Shown here in pieces: positions 18,015 through 27,619 of a DNA stretch of 64,000 nt. This DNA comes from Opitutia bacterium (GTDB lineage Bacteria; Verrucomicrobiota; Verrucomicrobiia; Opitutales; UBA953). Positions within the stretch are counted from its first letter, which is position 1; each line of letters opens with the position of its first letter. The notes below the pieces were generated by a model. That model saw nothing but the letters and a program-made list of their open reading frames with translations, made no database searches and had not been told where the DNA came from. Where the stretch lies: contig CANGFP010000003.1 of NCBI GenBank assembly GCA_947453335.1, forward strand, positions 160,704 through 224,703. The letters are read 5' to 3'. Made by a program: the position numbers and the translations under genes.

Positions 18015-19144
18015 GCCGCCGCGGGCGGCGACGGGTCGGCGCCAAGCGCCTTCTCCTTCTGCAGCCGCAGCTGCCCGCACGCGGCGTCGATGTCGTGGCC
18101 CTTCTCGCGGCGCAGCGTCGCCGTGACGCCCAAGGCGCGCAGCTCCTTGACGAAACGTTCCTGGCGCGTGATGGACGGACGGACCCACGGCAGACCTTGG
18201 ACCGTGTTGTACGGGATGAGGTTCACGTGCGCATGGAGCTCGCGGGCGATGGCGGCCAGCTTCTTGGCCTGGTCGAGCGAATCGTTGATGTCCTCGATCA
18301 GGATGAACTCCAACGTGAGCATGCGGCCATGGGTCCGGGCGAACGTCTTGGCCGCCGGGATGAGCTGCTCCAAGGGGAACTTGCGGTTGACCGGCATGAT
18401 CTGGTCGCGGACCTCGTTGGTCGCGCCGTGCAGGCTGATCGCCAAGCGGAAGCCCAGGTCCTCCTCGGCCAACTTCAGGATCTTCGGCACCACCCCGGAA
18501 GTAGAGATGGTGACCCGGCGGGCGCCGAAACCGAAGCCCCAAGGCGCGTTGACCGTCCGGAGGGCAGCCAACAGGTTGTCGTAGTTGGCGAGCGGCTCGC
18601 CCATGCCCATGACCACGATGTTGTCGAAGGACGCCAGCCCCTCGGCGGCGCGTGCAGGGTCGGCCTGGTCCTCGATGCGGCAGACCTGGACCAGTTGGGA
18701 GACGATTTCCCCGACCGACAGGTCACGCTTCCAGCCCTCCAGGCCGGAGGCGCAGAATTTGCAGCCGTAGGCGCAACCCACCTGGGTCGAGATGCAGATC
18801 GTCCGACGGGACTTATCCTGCCCCACCCCCTCCATCGGAGCCCGGATGATGACCGTTTCGATGAGGGAACCATCCCGGAGCCGCTGGAGCAGCTTCTGGG
18901 TCACGTCCGAGGCCGTTTTCTTGCCCAATACCTCGGTGGCTGAAAAATCGTAATTATCTGACAACCAAGACCTTAAGTTAGCGGGAAGGTTCGTCATCAC
19001 CTCCGGGCTTTCGGCACGCTTGGGGTAGAGCCAAGCAAAGATCTGCCCGGCCCGATATCGCGGGTGTCCAGCCTCGGCTAGGCGGGTGCCGAGACTATCG
19101 GGAGTTTCCCCGTGAATGGAGGGTTTTTCGGGCTTAAAAGCCAT
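18011..19144 (-). CDS. rlmN: 23S rRNA/tRNA (adenine-C2)-methyltransferase, radical SAM
   Basis: This is a 377-aa ORF. The radical-SAM cluster is CISTQVGCAYGCKFCASG. Other matching segments are MGMGEPLANYDN, ISLHG and the C-terminal GHDIDAACGQL. Confidence 0.93.
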   Translation of the reverse strand: MAFKPEKPSIHGETPDSLGTRLAEAGHPRYRAGQIFAWLYPKRAESPEVMTNLPANLRSWLSDNYDFSATEVLGKKTASDVTQKLLQRLRDGSLIETVIIRAPMEGVGQDKSRRTICISTQVGCAYGCKFCASGLEGWKRDLSVGEIVSQLVQVCRIEDQADPARAAEGLASFDNIVVMGMGEPLANYDNLLAALRTVNAPWGFGFGARRVTISTSGVVPKILKLAEEDLGFRLAISLHGATNEVRDQIMPVNRKFPLEQLIPAAKTFARTHGRMLTLEFILIEDINDSLDQAKKLAAIARELHAHVNLIPYNTVQGLPWVRPSITRQERFVKELRALGVTATLRREKGHDIDAACGQLRLQKEKALGADPSPPAAA

Positions 19145-19245
19145 GGGTCAGCGGGTCGTTGCGGCGGGCCGGAGGGGAGGAGCCGAAGCGGCTCCGCCTT
19201 CCTGCTTGCAAGTGAGATTTGTTATGCCCAAAACCACTTTTTGCA

Positions 19246-21210
19246 ATGAGCAACAAGGCCCCCAACCCGCAAGGCGCGAAAATCAACGCCCTGGAGAACA
19301 CCAAGACCAAGGTGGCCGAAGGCCAGACCGGTTTCTGCATCCATCAGGCTTGGGGCATCGGCATCATCCGAGCCTTCGACACCGCAACCAACCGTTTCTC
19401 CGTCGACTTCCCCGAACAAGGCAAGAAGGGCCACGCCATCGACGCCGCCTTCTTCGCCGGCAAGATCGACATCATCGACCCCGCTTCCCTGCTCGCGCAG
19501 GCCTACTCGGACGAAGCCAAGGCCAAGGTCGCCGCCCTCGTCTCGGACGACCCTGCCGGCCTCGTCAAGGCGCTCCTCGCCGAGCTCCCCACGGGCGAAT
19601 GCTCCTCTTACGCCCTCGAAGCCAACCTTGAGCGCATCCATTTCGCCTCCCTGCCGGCCGGCAAGGACCGCGCCACCGCCTTCAAGGCCTGGTGGACCAA
19701 GGGCCGTGCCGCGATCCGCAAGGACCGCGCCATCCTCATCCCTGAGCGCAAGGGCGGCAACTACGCCCTCCTCGAAGCCCCCGTCGACCTCGGCGAAGAC
19801 CTCTTCGCGCAGTACGAGCTCGCCCCCACCTTCGAGCGCAAGCTCGCCCTCCTCGAGGAGCTCGCCGAAAGCGCCTCCGCCGAGACCCGCTCCGCCGCCA
19901 CCGAGGCCAACCTCGCCAAGGTCTCCGGCGACCTCGCGAAGGCCGTCGCCGGCCTGACCGGCTCGCGCCGCGCCGCCAACCTCCCGAAGGTGCTCTGCGC
20001 CATCTGGAACCGCGACAAGTTCTTCCGCACCGCCGTCGAGACCGTCGAGACCTTCAGCCCGACCGCTTCGGACATCATCGCCCTCTGCGACGAGAACGAC
20101 CTCGCCCAGGTCGCGCTCAGCATCCCGCACACCACCGAGAAGATCCGCAACCTCCTCGACCTCGTCCGCGCGCACCACGGCGACAACTGGTCGGAACGCG
20201 CCTTCGACCTCCTCCGCAACCGCGACATCGGCGGCACCAAGAGCGGCTCCGCCAAGCTCGTCTCGGAATGCATCTCCTACCTCTGCGACGCCGGCCTCAA
20301 CGCCCACGTCGGCCAGCGCTTCGCCCAGTGGCTCGAGACCCGTGAGCTCCGCCCGCCGGTCATCATCTGGGTCATCAAGAACCGCGACTCCAAGAAGTAC
20401 GCCGAGATCGTCGCCCCGCTCATCGTCCCGAGCTTCCTCGGCTCCATCCTCGCCAGCATCGACACCGAAGCCCTCGAGTCCAACTCCACGGCCCGCATCC
20501 CGCTGGCCAACGAGCTCATCAAGGACAAGGCCCTCATCGCCGACATCATCGCTCCCAAGGGCGGCAAGCCGGCCGACAGCGAGACCATCTTCGACCTCGC
20601 GCGCATCATGCTGCGCAACCAGGGCTTCGACAAGATGACGAAGAACTCGCTCCTCGCGCGCCTCGCCAAGATCGAACCGCACGTCCAGCGCCTCGTCCAG
20701 TCCCGCCAGGACGATTCGACCGTCGAGAAGGAACTCGTGGTCTCGAAGAAGAGCAAGGAGGCCCGCGAAGCCGAGCTCACCGACATCGTGCAGGTCAAGC
20801 TGCCGGCCGTGAAGGAAGCCATCCAGATCGCCAAGGAGCACGGCGACTTGCGCGAGAACTCCGAGTACAAGATGGCCCGCCAGGACCATGACACGCTGTC
20901 CGCCCGCCGCGCCGAGCTCGACGCGATGCTCAAGAAGGCCCGCGTGACCGACTTCACCGAAGCGACCAACGCCCAGGTCTCCATCGGCTCGACCGTCACG
21001 CTGCTCCGCGAGTCGGACAAGACCGAGGTGACCTACGACATCCTCGGCGCGTGGGACGGCCAGCCGGAGCTGAACATCCTCGCCTACGTCTCCCCGCTCG
21101 CGAAGCAGTTCCTCAACCGCAAGCCGGACGAAGCCTTCACGACCAACATCAACGGCAAGACCGAGAACTGGAAGATCCGCTCGATCCGCCGCTGGGTGGA
21201 CAAGAAGTAA
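19246..21210 (+). CDS. GreA-family transcription elongation factor with a roughly 500-aa N-terminal extension
   Basis: The C-terminal roughly 150 aa form a complete Gre module. It includes the coiled-coil tip motif AKEHGDLRENSEYKMARQD and a CTD (VSIGSTVTLLRESDKTEVTYDILGAWDG). The ORF-track start at 19219 is a TTG, and the first in-frame ATG is at 19246 (MSNKAPN). Confidence 0.8.
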   Translation: MSNKAPNPQGAKINALENTKTKVAEGQTGFCIHQAWGIGIIRAFDTATNRFSVDFPEQGKKGHAIDAAFFAGKIDIIDPASLLAQAYSDEAKAKVAALVSDDPAGLVKALLAELPTGECSSYALEANLERIHFASLPAGKDRATAFKAWWTKGRAAIRKDRAILIPERKGGNYALLEAPVDLGEDLFAQYELAPTFERKLALLEELAESASAETRSAATEANLAKVSGDLAKAVAGLTGSRRAANLPKVLCAIWNRDKFFRTAVETVETFSPTASDIIALCDENDLAQVALSIPHTTEKIRNLLDLVRAHHGDNWSERAFDLLRNRDIGGTKSGSAKLVSECISYLCDAGLNAHVGQRFAQWLETRELRPPVIIWVIKNRDSKKYAEIVAPLIVPSFLGSILASIDTEALESNSTARIPLANELIKDKALIADIIAPKGGKPADSETIFDLARIMLRNQGFDKMTKNSLLARLAKIEPHVQRLVQSRQDDSTVEKELVVSKKSKEAREAELTDIVQVKLPAVKEAIQIAKEHGDLRENSEYKMARQDHDTLSARRAELDAMLKKARVTDFTEATNAQVSIGSTVTLLRESDKTEVTYDILGAWDGQPELNILAYVSPLAKQFLNRKPDEAFTTNINGKTENWKIRSIRRWVDKK

Positions 21211-21233
21211 GCCCACGCCCAGGCGCCCCTTAC

Positions 21234-21265
21234 GAAGCCCCGGTCATCTGGGGCTTCCTCTTTTG
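21234..21265 (+). terminator. Intrinsic terminator after the gre-like gene
   Basis: The sequence is GAAGCCCC-ggtcatct-GGGGCTTC followed by CTCTTTTG. Confidence 0.7.
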
Positions 21266-21297
21266 ACACGGACCGGAAGGCCGTCCAAGGTGGGCCT

Positions 21298-22236
21298 ATG
21301 CCCGACCCTTGGGAATCCCTGCGCCTGCTCGCCGACCCCACCCGCGCGCGCATCCTTTTCCTGCTCGCGAAGGGCGAACTCTCGGTCGGCGAACTCCAGG
21401 AGATCCTCGGGATGCGCCAATCACGCATCTCGACGCACCTGTCTTTGCTGCGCAAGGCGGGACTCGCGGGCGACCGACGCGACGGCAAGCACTCGTACTA
21501 TGCGCTGGCGCCCGACCTGCCGGCCGGCGTGCACCAGATCCTGGAAGCCGCCTTGGCCGCGACCGCGAAGGACGCCACGACGTTGGCAGACCAGCGCGCC
21601 TTCCGCCGCCTCGCGGAGAAGCGTCGGCGCAAGTCGGAACAGCATTTCAACCTCGTCGCCGATCGCCTCGGACGGAACTACTGCCCCGGACGCTCGTGGG
21701 AATCCATCGGCCAGATGCTCCTGCTCCTGGCGCCCAAGGTCCGCATCGCCGACCTTGGCTCAGGCGACGGTACCATCTCCCGCCTTCTGGCCCGTCAGGC
21801 CGAATTCGTCCATTGCGTCGACAATTCCCCTAAGATGGTCGAACTTGGAAGGGAACTCGCTGATAAAGAGGAACTTAAGAACGTCGACTACGTCCTGGGC
21901 GATATCGAGAAAGTCCCCCTCAAGGACCGCAGCGTCGACCTCGTCCTGTTGAGCCAAGCCCTCCACCACGCGGAAAACCCGCGAAAGGCGTTGGCGGAGG
22001 CCTTTCGCATCCTGAAGCCAGGTGGCCGCCTGCTGATCCTGGACCTCAGGGCGCACCGATTCGAAAAAGCCCGCGAGCTCTACGCCGACCGCTGGCTCGG
22101 GTTCAAGGAGAACGACCTGCACGATTGGATCGAGGAAGCCGGCTTCCACCATTCCGAGGTGCGCGTCGTCGCCAAGGAACCCCAGGAGCCTCATTTCGAG
22201 ACTCTTCTGGGCACGGCGGTGAAGTCTTATCGCTAA
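21298..22236 (+). CDS. ArsR-family HTH regulator fused to a class I SAM-dependent methyltransferase
   Basis: The N-terminal part is an ArsR/SmtB winged helix (LRLLADPTRARILFLLAKGELSVGELQEILGMRQSRISTHLSLLRKAGL). The C-terminal part has MTase motif I (IADLGSGDGTIS) and post-I/II motifs (VDLVLLSQALHH, LKPGGRLLILD). Confidence 0.85.
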   Translation: MPDPWESLRLLADPTRARILFLLAKGELSVGELQEILGMRQSRISTHLSLLRKAGLAGDRRDGKHSYYALAPDLPAGVHQILEAALAATAKDATTLADQRAFRRLAEKRRRKSEQHFNLVADRLGRNYCPGRSWESIGQMLLLLAPKVRIADLGSGDGTISRLLARQAEFVHCVDNSPKMVELGRELADKEELKNVDYVLGDIEKVPLKDRSVDLVLLSQALHHAENPRKALAEAFRILKPGGRLLILDLRAHRFEKARELYADRWLGFKENDLHDWIEEAGFHHSEVRVVAKEPQEPHFETLLGTAVKSYR

Positions 22237-22292
22237 AGGCCAATACCCGTAGCCGGAACGGAGGTCATCCGGCCGATTATTGGGAACAAAAG

Positions 22293-22321
22293 GCGGGGAT
22301 AGTGCTTGGCAGTATCCCCGC
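22293..22321 (-). terminator. Stem-loop with a U-tract only on the minus strand; function uncertain
   Basis: The stem is GCGGGGATA / TATCCCCGC with an 11-nt loop. On the minus strand it is followed by CTTTTGTT, and the plus strand has no U-tract. There is no minus-strand gene upstream of it. Confidence 0.3.
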
Positions 22322-22378
22322 AAAACGGCTAGGTTTGCGGGCACCCCACCGAGGCTCCCCTGCCTCAACTAATCTCCG

Positions 22379-25300
22379 ATGGTTACCCAAGAGTCCCGAA
22401 CCTACAAGTTGGCCAAGGCCGCCATCCTTGCCGTCCTGATCGCCGTCATCCCGGCGACGACCGTCCTCCGCGCCCAGACCACGCCGAAGCCGGCGGCGGC
22501 CGCGACCAAGCCCCCCGAGGACCCCTTGGCGGCGCTCTACAACAAGGCCATGGCGGCCATGGACAAGAAGCAGTACGCCGCCGCGCTCAAGAACCTCGAG
22601 GAACTCGAGAAAAAGGCCGCCGCCCTGCCGCCCTTCCTGCAGGCCGTCATCAGCTTCCGCAAGGCCTCCGTCTTCTATTTCCTGAAGGATTGGGCCAAGG
22701 CCGACGCCGAGCTCAACTCGTTCCTGACGAAGTTCCCGAACGGCACCGAGAAGTTCCTGGACGACAACGACAACATGCGCGGCGTCGCCCAGCTGACGCT
22801 CGTCGAAGTCTACGCCAACCAGTCCAAGTGGGACGATGCGCTCAAGCTCCTCCAGGTCCTCCGCACGAACCCCCTGATCCAGCCCAAGGACCGCCTCAAC
22901 GCCTACACCCTCTCCGCCCGCATCGTCGAGGAGAAGGCCCGCAGCGGTTCCGAAGCCGACAAGAAGCAGGCCCTCGGCCAGGCCGTCGGGCTCCTCAAGC
23001 AGGCCACCGCCGGCGGCCTCGGCACGCCCGAGGCCCGCGAAGCCGGCATGCGCCTCGTCGAGGTCTACACCAAGCTCGGGCTCGTCAAGGACGCCGAGCA
23101 GCTCAAGGCCGAGATCGACGCCAAGGGCACCGGCTCGCCCGCCGAGGTCGTCCGCTCCAACTTCCAGCGCATCGAGATCGGCGACGCCCGCTTCGAAGCC
23201 GGCGAGAACGCCGCCGAGCAGAAGGACAAGGACGAGCTCTACCGCCAGGCGCTCGCCAGCTACCAAGGCGCCCTGCGCCGCGCCACCGTCAGCCGCTCCG
23301 TCACCAAGGCCGTCGAGCTGAAGCAGGCCGACCTCGACAAGCTCGTGAAGGAGAACGCCAAGCCGACGCCTGAGGCGACCCTGAAGATCGAGGCCGCCCG
23401 CGCGGAAGTGGAAAGCTTCAAGACCATCCAGGCCGACTTCGAGAAGAACAAGGACTACGACGCCTTCATCTCTTACCGCATCGGACTCTGCCTCCTCGAG
23501 CTCAAGCGCCCGTGGGAGGCCTTCGTCGCCTTCCGCGACATCTTCGAGAACAACCCGGGCTTCTCCAAGGTCTCCGGGGCCTACTACTACTACATCCTCG
23601 CCCTCCGCGAGATCGGCCGCAACGCCGAGGCCCAGGCGAAGTGCAAGGAGTTCCTCGCCAAGTACCCCGACGCCGAGGAGGTCTCGATGGTCGCCGTGAT
23701 CCTCGGACAGATCTCGCAGGACCGCGAGGAGTACGAGGAGGCCATCGGCCACTACAACTGGGCCAAGGCGAACGTGAAGAAGATGGACGCGGCCACGCTC
23801 GAGGAGATCGACTTCCGCATCATCTGCTGCCTGTTCGCGCACGTCGAATGGGACAAGGCCCGCGTCGCGCTCGACGAGTTCCTCGCCAAGCACCAGCGCT
23901 CCTTCGCCAAGGAACAGGCGACGTACATGCGCGCCCTCTGCTGGTTCTACCAGGGCAAGTTCAAGGAGACCAAGGCCGGCTTCGACGAATACCAGGCCGC
24001 CTACCCGAAGGGCGACTTCATCGCCGACGTCCGCTACCGCCAGGCCATCGTGAAGTTCGGCCTCAACCCGCCCGAGGTCGCCGAGACCCTCCGCCTCTGC
24101 CAGGAATGGCTGCGCGACTTCGCCGTCAGCAAGAACGAAGCCATCGTCAACCAGATCCCCGAGGTCCACACCCTCATCGCCGACGCGGAGATCCGCCTCG
24201 CCACCGACCTGGACCGCGACATCGCCGCCGCCGACAAGAACGTCCGCACCAACCCCGAGCCCGCCGCCAAGGCGAAGTACCGCGCCGAGAAGGAGCGCCT
24301 CGAAAAGGAGAAGGAAGGCCACACCGTCAAGGCCATCGACGCCTACGTCGCCGCCGCCCGCTCCGGCCGCACCAACCCCAACGCCCTCGAGCACGTCCTG
24401 CGCGAGCTCGGCAAGCTCCTCCCGGGCCGCGGAGAACACGCGCGCATGCGCGACCTCTACAGGGAGATCTACGACTGGAACCACGCCGACGCCAAGGCCC
24501 TCAACTACCTCTACGAGGTCATCAAGGCCACCGAGCGCATGGGCGACAAGCCCGAGTTCGCCCAGCAGGCCGAGGCCGTGCAGAAGAAGTTCAGCGCCCA
24601 GCTCGCCGCCGCCCGCAAGAAGGTCGACGAGCTCGTCAAGAGCGACGGCAAGCCCGCCGACGTCAAGGCCGCCAAGGACGCCGTCGCCAAGCTCTCCGCC
24701 GAACTCGCCGCCGAACTCGACGTCGTCGAGAAGGCCCGCCAGGCCAGCATCCTCGCCGCCAAGGGCGAGGCCTTGGGCATCCTCTCCGGCGCCGTCGCCG
24801 AATCGATCAACGACCGCAGGCAGGAGGGCTCCGAGAAGCTCATCCTGTTCCTCGCCGAGAAGCTTGCCCGCAAGGTGAAGCGCCTCAAGCCCGGCGCCAC
24901 CGCCGCCCCGGACGCCTACACCGCGGCGAGCGCCGAGGAGGAGATCACCCGCCTGCTCCGCCTCGAGGAGAACAAGGATTCCCTCATCGCGCAGGCCCGT
25001 GGCTTCTTCGCGAAGGGCCAGCTGGCCGCCTTCCTCCGCGACCCCGCCAAGACCGACTTCTACTTCAAGAAGATCTCGGCGAACTACAAGGCCGAGGAGC
25101 TCAGCCCGACCATCCTCGCGATCGTCGGCGACCACATGCTCGCCCGCGGCGAGACCAAGAACTCCGAAGGCTACTTCCAGTACATCATGGAGCACCACCG
25201 CTCCTCCGAGTACGCCGACTTCGGCTTCGCCGGCCTCGCGGAGATCCGTCTGGGCCAGAAGAAACACAAGGAGGCCCTCGAGCTCTGCGCCGAGGCCATC

Positions 25301-25708
25301 GACAACAACGTGACGATGTCGAAGGAGAAGGACATCCGCTTCGTGAAGGCCCGCGCCCTCGCCGAGACCCAGAAGTACGACGAGGCCAAGAAGGAGTTCG
25401 AGGAGATCGCCAAGACCAAGGAATGGAAGGGCGAGACGACCGCCGGCTGCCTCTACTGGCTCGGCCTCATGGAAGAACGCCAAGGCCGCCCGGCCGAGGC
25501 CGTCGGCTACTATCGCCGCACCTACCAGGCCTGGAAGAAGTACGAGGTCTGGTCCGCCAAGGCCTACCTCGGCGCCGCCCGTCTGTTCGCCACCAAGCTC
25601 GACCAGAAGCAGGCCGCCAAGGAAGTCATCGCGGAGATGCTTTCCAAGGACCGCATCAAGGACACCCCTGAGGCCGCCGAAGCCCGCACCCTCTCCGCCC
25701 AGCTCTAA
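22379..25708 (+). CDS. Large (1109 aa) membrane-anchored or secreted TPR-repeat protein
   Basis: The N-terminal hydrophobic segment is LAKAAILAVLIAVIPATTVL. The rest is a continuous array of TPR-like helical hairpins (for example YAAALKNLEEL, WDDALKLLQVL, YEEAIGHYNWA, YDEAKKEFEEIA). It is the first gene of a tightly spaced five-gene plus-strand block. Confidence 0.85.
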   Translation: MVTQESRTYKLAKAAILAVLIAVIPATTVLRAQTTPKPAAAATKPPEDPLAALYNKAMAAMDKKQYAAALKNLEELEKKAAALPPFLQAVISFRKASVFYFLKDWAKADAELNSFLTKFPNGTEKFLDDNDNMRGVAQLTLVEVYANQSKWDDALKLLQVLRTNPLIQPKDRLNAYTLSARIVEEKARSGSEADKKQALGQAVGLLKQATAGGLGTPEAREAGMRLVEVYTKLGLVKDAEQLKAEIDAKGTGSPAEVVRSNFQRIEIGDARFEAGENAAEQKDKDELYRQALASYQGALRRATVSRSVTKAVELKQADLDKLVKENAKPTPEATLKIEAARAEVESFKTIQADFEKNKDYDAFISYRIGLCLLELKRPWEAFVAFRDIFENNPGFSKVSGAYYYYILALREIGRNAEAQAKCKEFLAKYPDAEEVSMVAVILGQISQDREEYEEAIGHYNWAKANVKKMDAATLEEIDFRIICCLFAHVEWDKARVALDEFLAKHQRSFAKEQATYMRALCWFYQGKFKETKAGFDEYQAAYPKGDFIADVRYRQAIVKFGLNPPEVAETLRLCQEWLRDFAVSKNEAIVNQIPEVHTLIADAEIRLATDLDRDIAAADKNVRTNPEPAAKAKYRAEKERLEKEKEGHTVKAIDAYVAAARSGRTNPNALEHVLRELGKLLPGRGEHARMRDLYREIYDWNHADAKALNYLYEVIKATERMGDKPEFAQQAEAVQKKFSAQLAAARKKVDELVKSDGKPADVKAAKDAVAKLSAELAAELDVVEKARQASILAAKGEALGILSGAVAESINDRRQEGSEKLILFLAEKLARKVKRLKPGATAAPDAYTAASAEEEITRLLRLEENKDSLIAQARGFFAKGQLAAFLRDPAKTDFYFKKISANYKAEELSPTILAIVGDHMLARGETKNSEGYFQYIMEHHRSSEYADFGFAGLAEIRLGQKKHKEALELCAEAIDNNVTMSKEKDIRFVKARALAETQKYDEAKKEFEEIAKTKEWKGETTAGCLYWLGLMEERQGRPAEAVGYYRRTYQAWKKYEVWSAKAYLGAARLFATKLDQKQAAKEVIAEMLSKDRIKDTPEAAEARTLSAQL

Positions 25709-25714
25709 CCGACC

Positions 25715-26743
25715 ATGCGTCCCGCAGTCCGCACCCTTCTCACCGCCGCGCTCCTCGGCGCGGCCGCCCATTCCTTCGGCCAGGCCCTCATCTTCAAAGG
25801 CGGCGAACGCTGGGAAGTGAACGACCCCTTCAAGATGGACACGTCCGTCCCGCCGAAGCCGCTCATCGACCCGAAGAAGGGCACGATCAGCAGCATCAAG
25901 GGCACCGTCGTCCGCACCGTGAACGCCGGCGGCACCGACATCGAGTCCACCCGGAAGCTCTCCGAGGTCGAGCGCATCATCTGGCCCAACTCCGAGCGCC
26001 TCGCCGAAGCCCAGCTCTTCGTCAGCCGCGGCGAACCCGCCAAGGCCCTCGACAGCGTCGAACCGATCATCAAGTTCTTCGACGCGTTCAAGAAGACCCC
26101 TGGCAGCCTCTGGCTGAAGGCCTCCATGGTGAAGCTCGACGCCCTCGACCGCCTCGAGAACGACGCCGCCATCGGCTCGTTCCTCGACAACCTCGAGAAG
26201 AACGACGACGGCTCCAACCCCGAGCTGGCCAACAAGATCAAGCTCGCGCGCCTCATGCAGCGCGCCCGCCGCGGCGAACACGACGCCGTGATCGCCGACG
26301 CGACCGAACTCATCGGCAAGCTCGACGACCTCGACGTCCTCGCCCGCCTCCACCTGGTCAAGGCCGGCTCGCTCCTCGCCACCAAGAAGTACGAGGCCGC
26401 GATGAACACCTACCTGCGCATCCCGGTCTTCTACGGCTCGCAGGCCGAACACCTGCCCAAGGCCATGCTCGGCGCCGCCCGCGCCTTCCGCGGCATGGAT
26501 ACGCCGGCCACCCGCGAGCAGAAGCTCGAGGAGGTCTCCAACCGCTACCTGCGCGACCTCATCGCCACGTTCCCGGTCTCCAAGGAGGCCGAGGAGGCGA
26601 AGAAGCTCCTCCCGAAGGAGGACCGCCTCGCCGCCGAAGCCGACGCCGCCAAGATCAAGGACGCGGCCGTGCTCCCCGACGCGCCGGCCAAGCCCGACGC
26701 CCCCAAGGCCGACGGCGCCAACAACAACGACGCCAACAAGTGA
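25715..26743 (+). CDS. Secreted helical-repeat protein with a Pro/Ala/Lys-rich tail
   Basis: This is a 342-aa ORF starting 6 nt after the TPR gene. The signal peptide is MRPAVRTLLTAALLGAAAHSFGQA. It has a short beta-rich N-domain followed by TPR-like helices (KYEAAMNTYLRIPVFY). The tail is PDAPAKPDAPKADGANNNDANK. Confidence 0.7.
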   Translation: MRPAVRTLLTAALLGAAAHSFGQALIFKGGERWEVNDPFKMDTSVPPKPLIDPKKGTISSIKGTVVRTVNAGGTDIESTRKLSEVERIIWPNSERLAEAQLFVSRGEPAKALDSVEPIIKFFDAFKKTPGSLWLKASMVKLDALDRLENDAAIGSFLDNLEKNDDGSNPELANKIKLARLMQRARRGEHDAVIADATELIGKLDDLDVLARLHLVKAGSLLATKKYEAAMNTYLRIPVFYGSQAEHLPKAMLGAARAFRGMDTPATREQKLEEVSNRYLRDLIATFPVSKEAEEAKKLLPKEDRLAAEADAAKIKDAAVLPDAPAKPDAPKADGANNNDANK

Positions 26744-26788
26744 CCTTGCTCCTTTCCTGATCCCAACTATACCACCCCACAGTTCCCC

Positions 26789-27586
26789 ATGAAGAAACTC
26801 CGCACCCCCCTGCTCACCATGGCCTTCCTCGGGCTGATGACCGTCGTCGCCTCCGCCGCCGAAGAAGGCGTCAAGGAGAAGACCCTGCTCAAGCTCTTCG
26901 AAGAAGGCGGTTGGGTCATGTACCCGATCACCCTGGCCTCCGTGGCCATGATCTGGTTCGTGGTCGACGGCTGGATCCGCACGAGCGTCAACAAGCTCTA
27001 CCCCGCCAGCCACGTCACCCAGCTCCGCGACCTCTTCCAGCGCGGCGACTACCCTGGCGCCTACGCGTTCGCCAAGAGCGCCGGTTCCCCGGTCGCCGAA
27101 GTCGTGCGCGCGGGCGTGGCCTTCACCCCGGATGGCAAGACCATGACCGAGGAAGCCATCATCTCCGAAGTCACCCGCATCCAGGGCGAGCTCATGGGCC
27201 GCGCCTCCTACCTCTCCGTCATCGGCGTCTGCACCCCGATGATCGGCCTGACCGGCACGGTGACGGGCATGATGAAGGCCTTCGACAAGCTCGGCTCCTC
27301 CGGCGTGGGCGACCCTTCCCAGCTCGCCGGCGCCATCGGCGAAGTGCTCGTGGCGACCGCCTCGGGCCTCTTCATCGCCATCCCGGCGTTCATCGCCTAC
27401 TACCTGCTCCGCAACCGCATCACCAAGGGCATCCATGACATCCAGGAGATCGTCACGGGCCTCTTCCGCGCCTTCCCCTACGAAGACGTGGCCGGCCGCA
27501 AGATCGGCGACGAGGTGATCTACGCCGCGAAGCCCGACTGGAACGCTTCGGCCGCCGTCGAAGCCCCTGAGGCCCCGCAGGCCTAA
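26789..27586 (+). CDS. MotA/TolQ/ExbB proton-channel family protein
   Basis: This is a 265-aa ORF with a cleavable-looking signal peptide (MKKLRTPLLTMAFLGLMTVVASA). The conserved channel region is LSVIGVCTPMIGLTGTVTGMMKAF ... LAGAIGEVLVATASGLFIAIPAFIAY. Confidence 0.9.
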   Translation: MKKLRTPLLTMAFLGLMTVVASAAEEGVKEKTLLKLFEEGGWVMYPITLASVAMIWFVVDGWIRTSVNKLYPASHVTQLRDLFQRGDYPGAYAFAKSAGSPVAEVVRAGVAFTPDGKTMTEEAIISEVTRIQGELMGRASYLSVIGVCTPMIGLTGTVTGMMKAFDKLGSSGVGDPSQLAGAIGEVLVATASGLFIAIPAFIAYYLLRNRITKGIHDIQEIVTGLFRAFPYEDVAGRKIGDEVIYAAKPDWNASAAVEAPEAPQA

Positions 27587-27619
27587 GGTCCTTCCCACCC
27601 CTAGACCCACACACGAACA

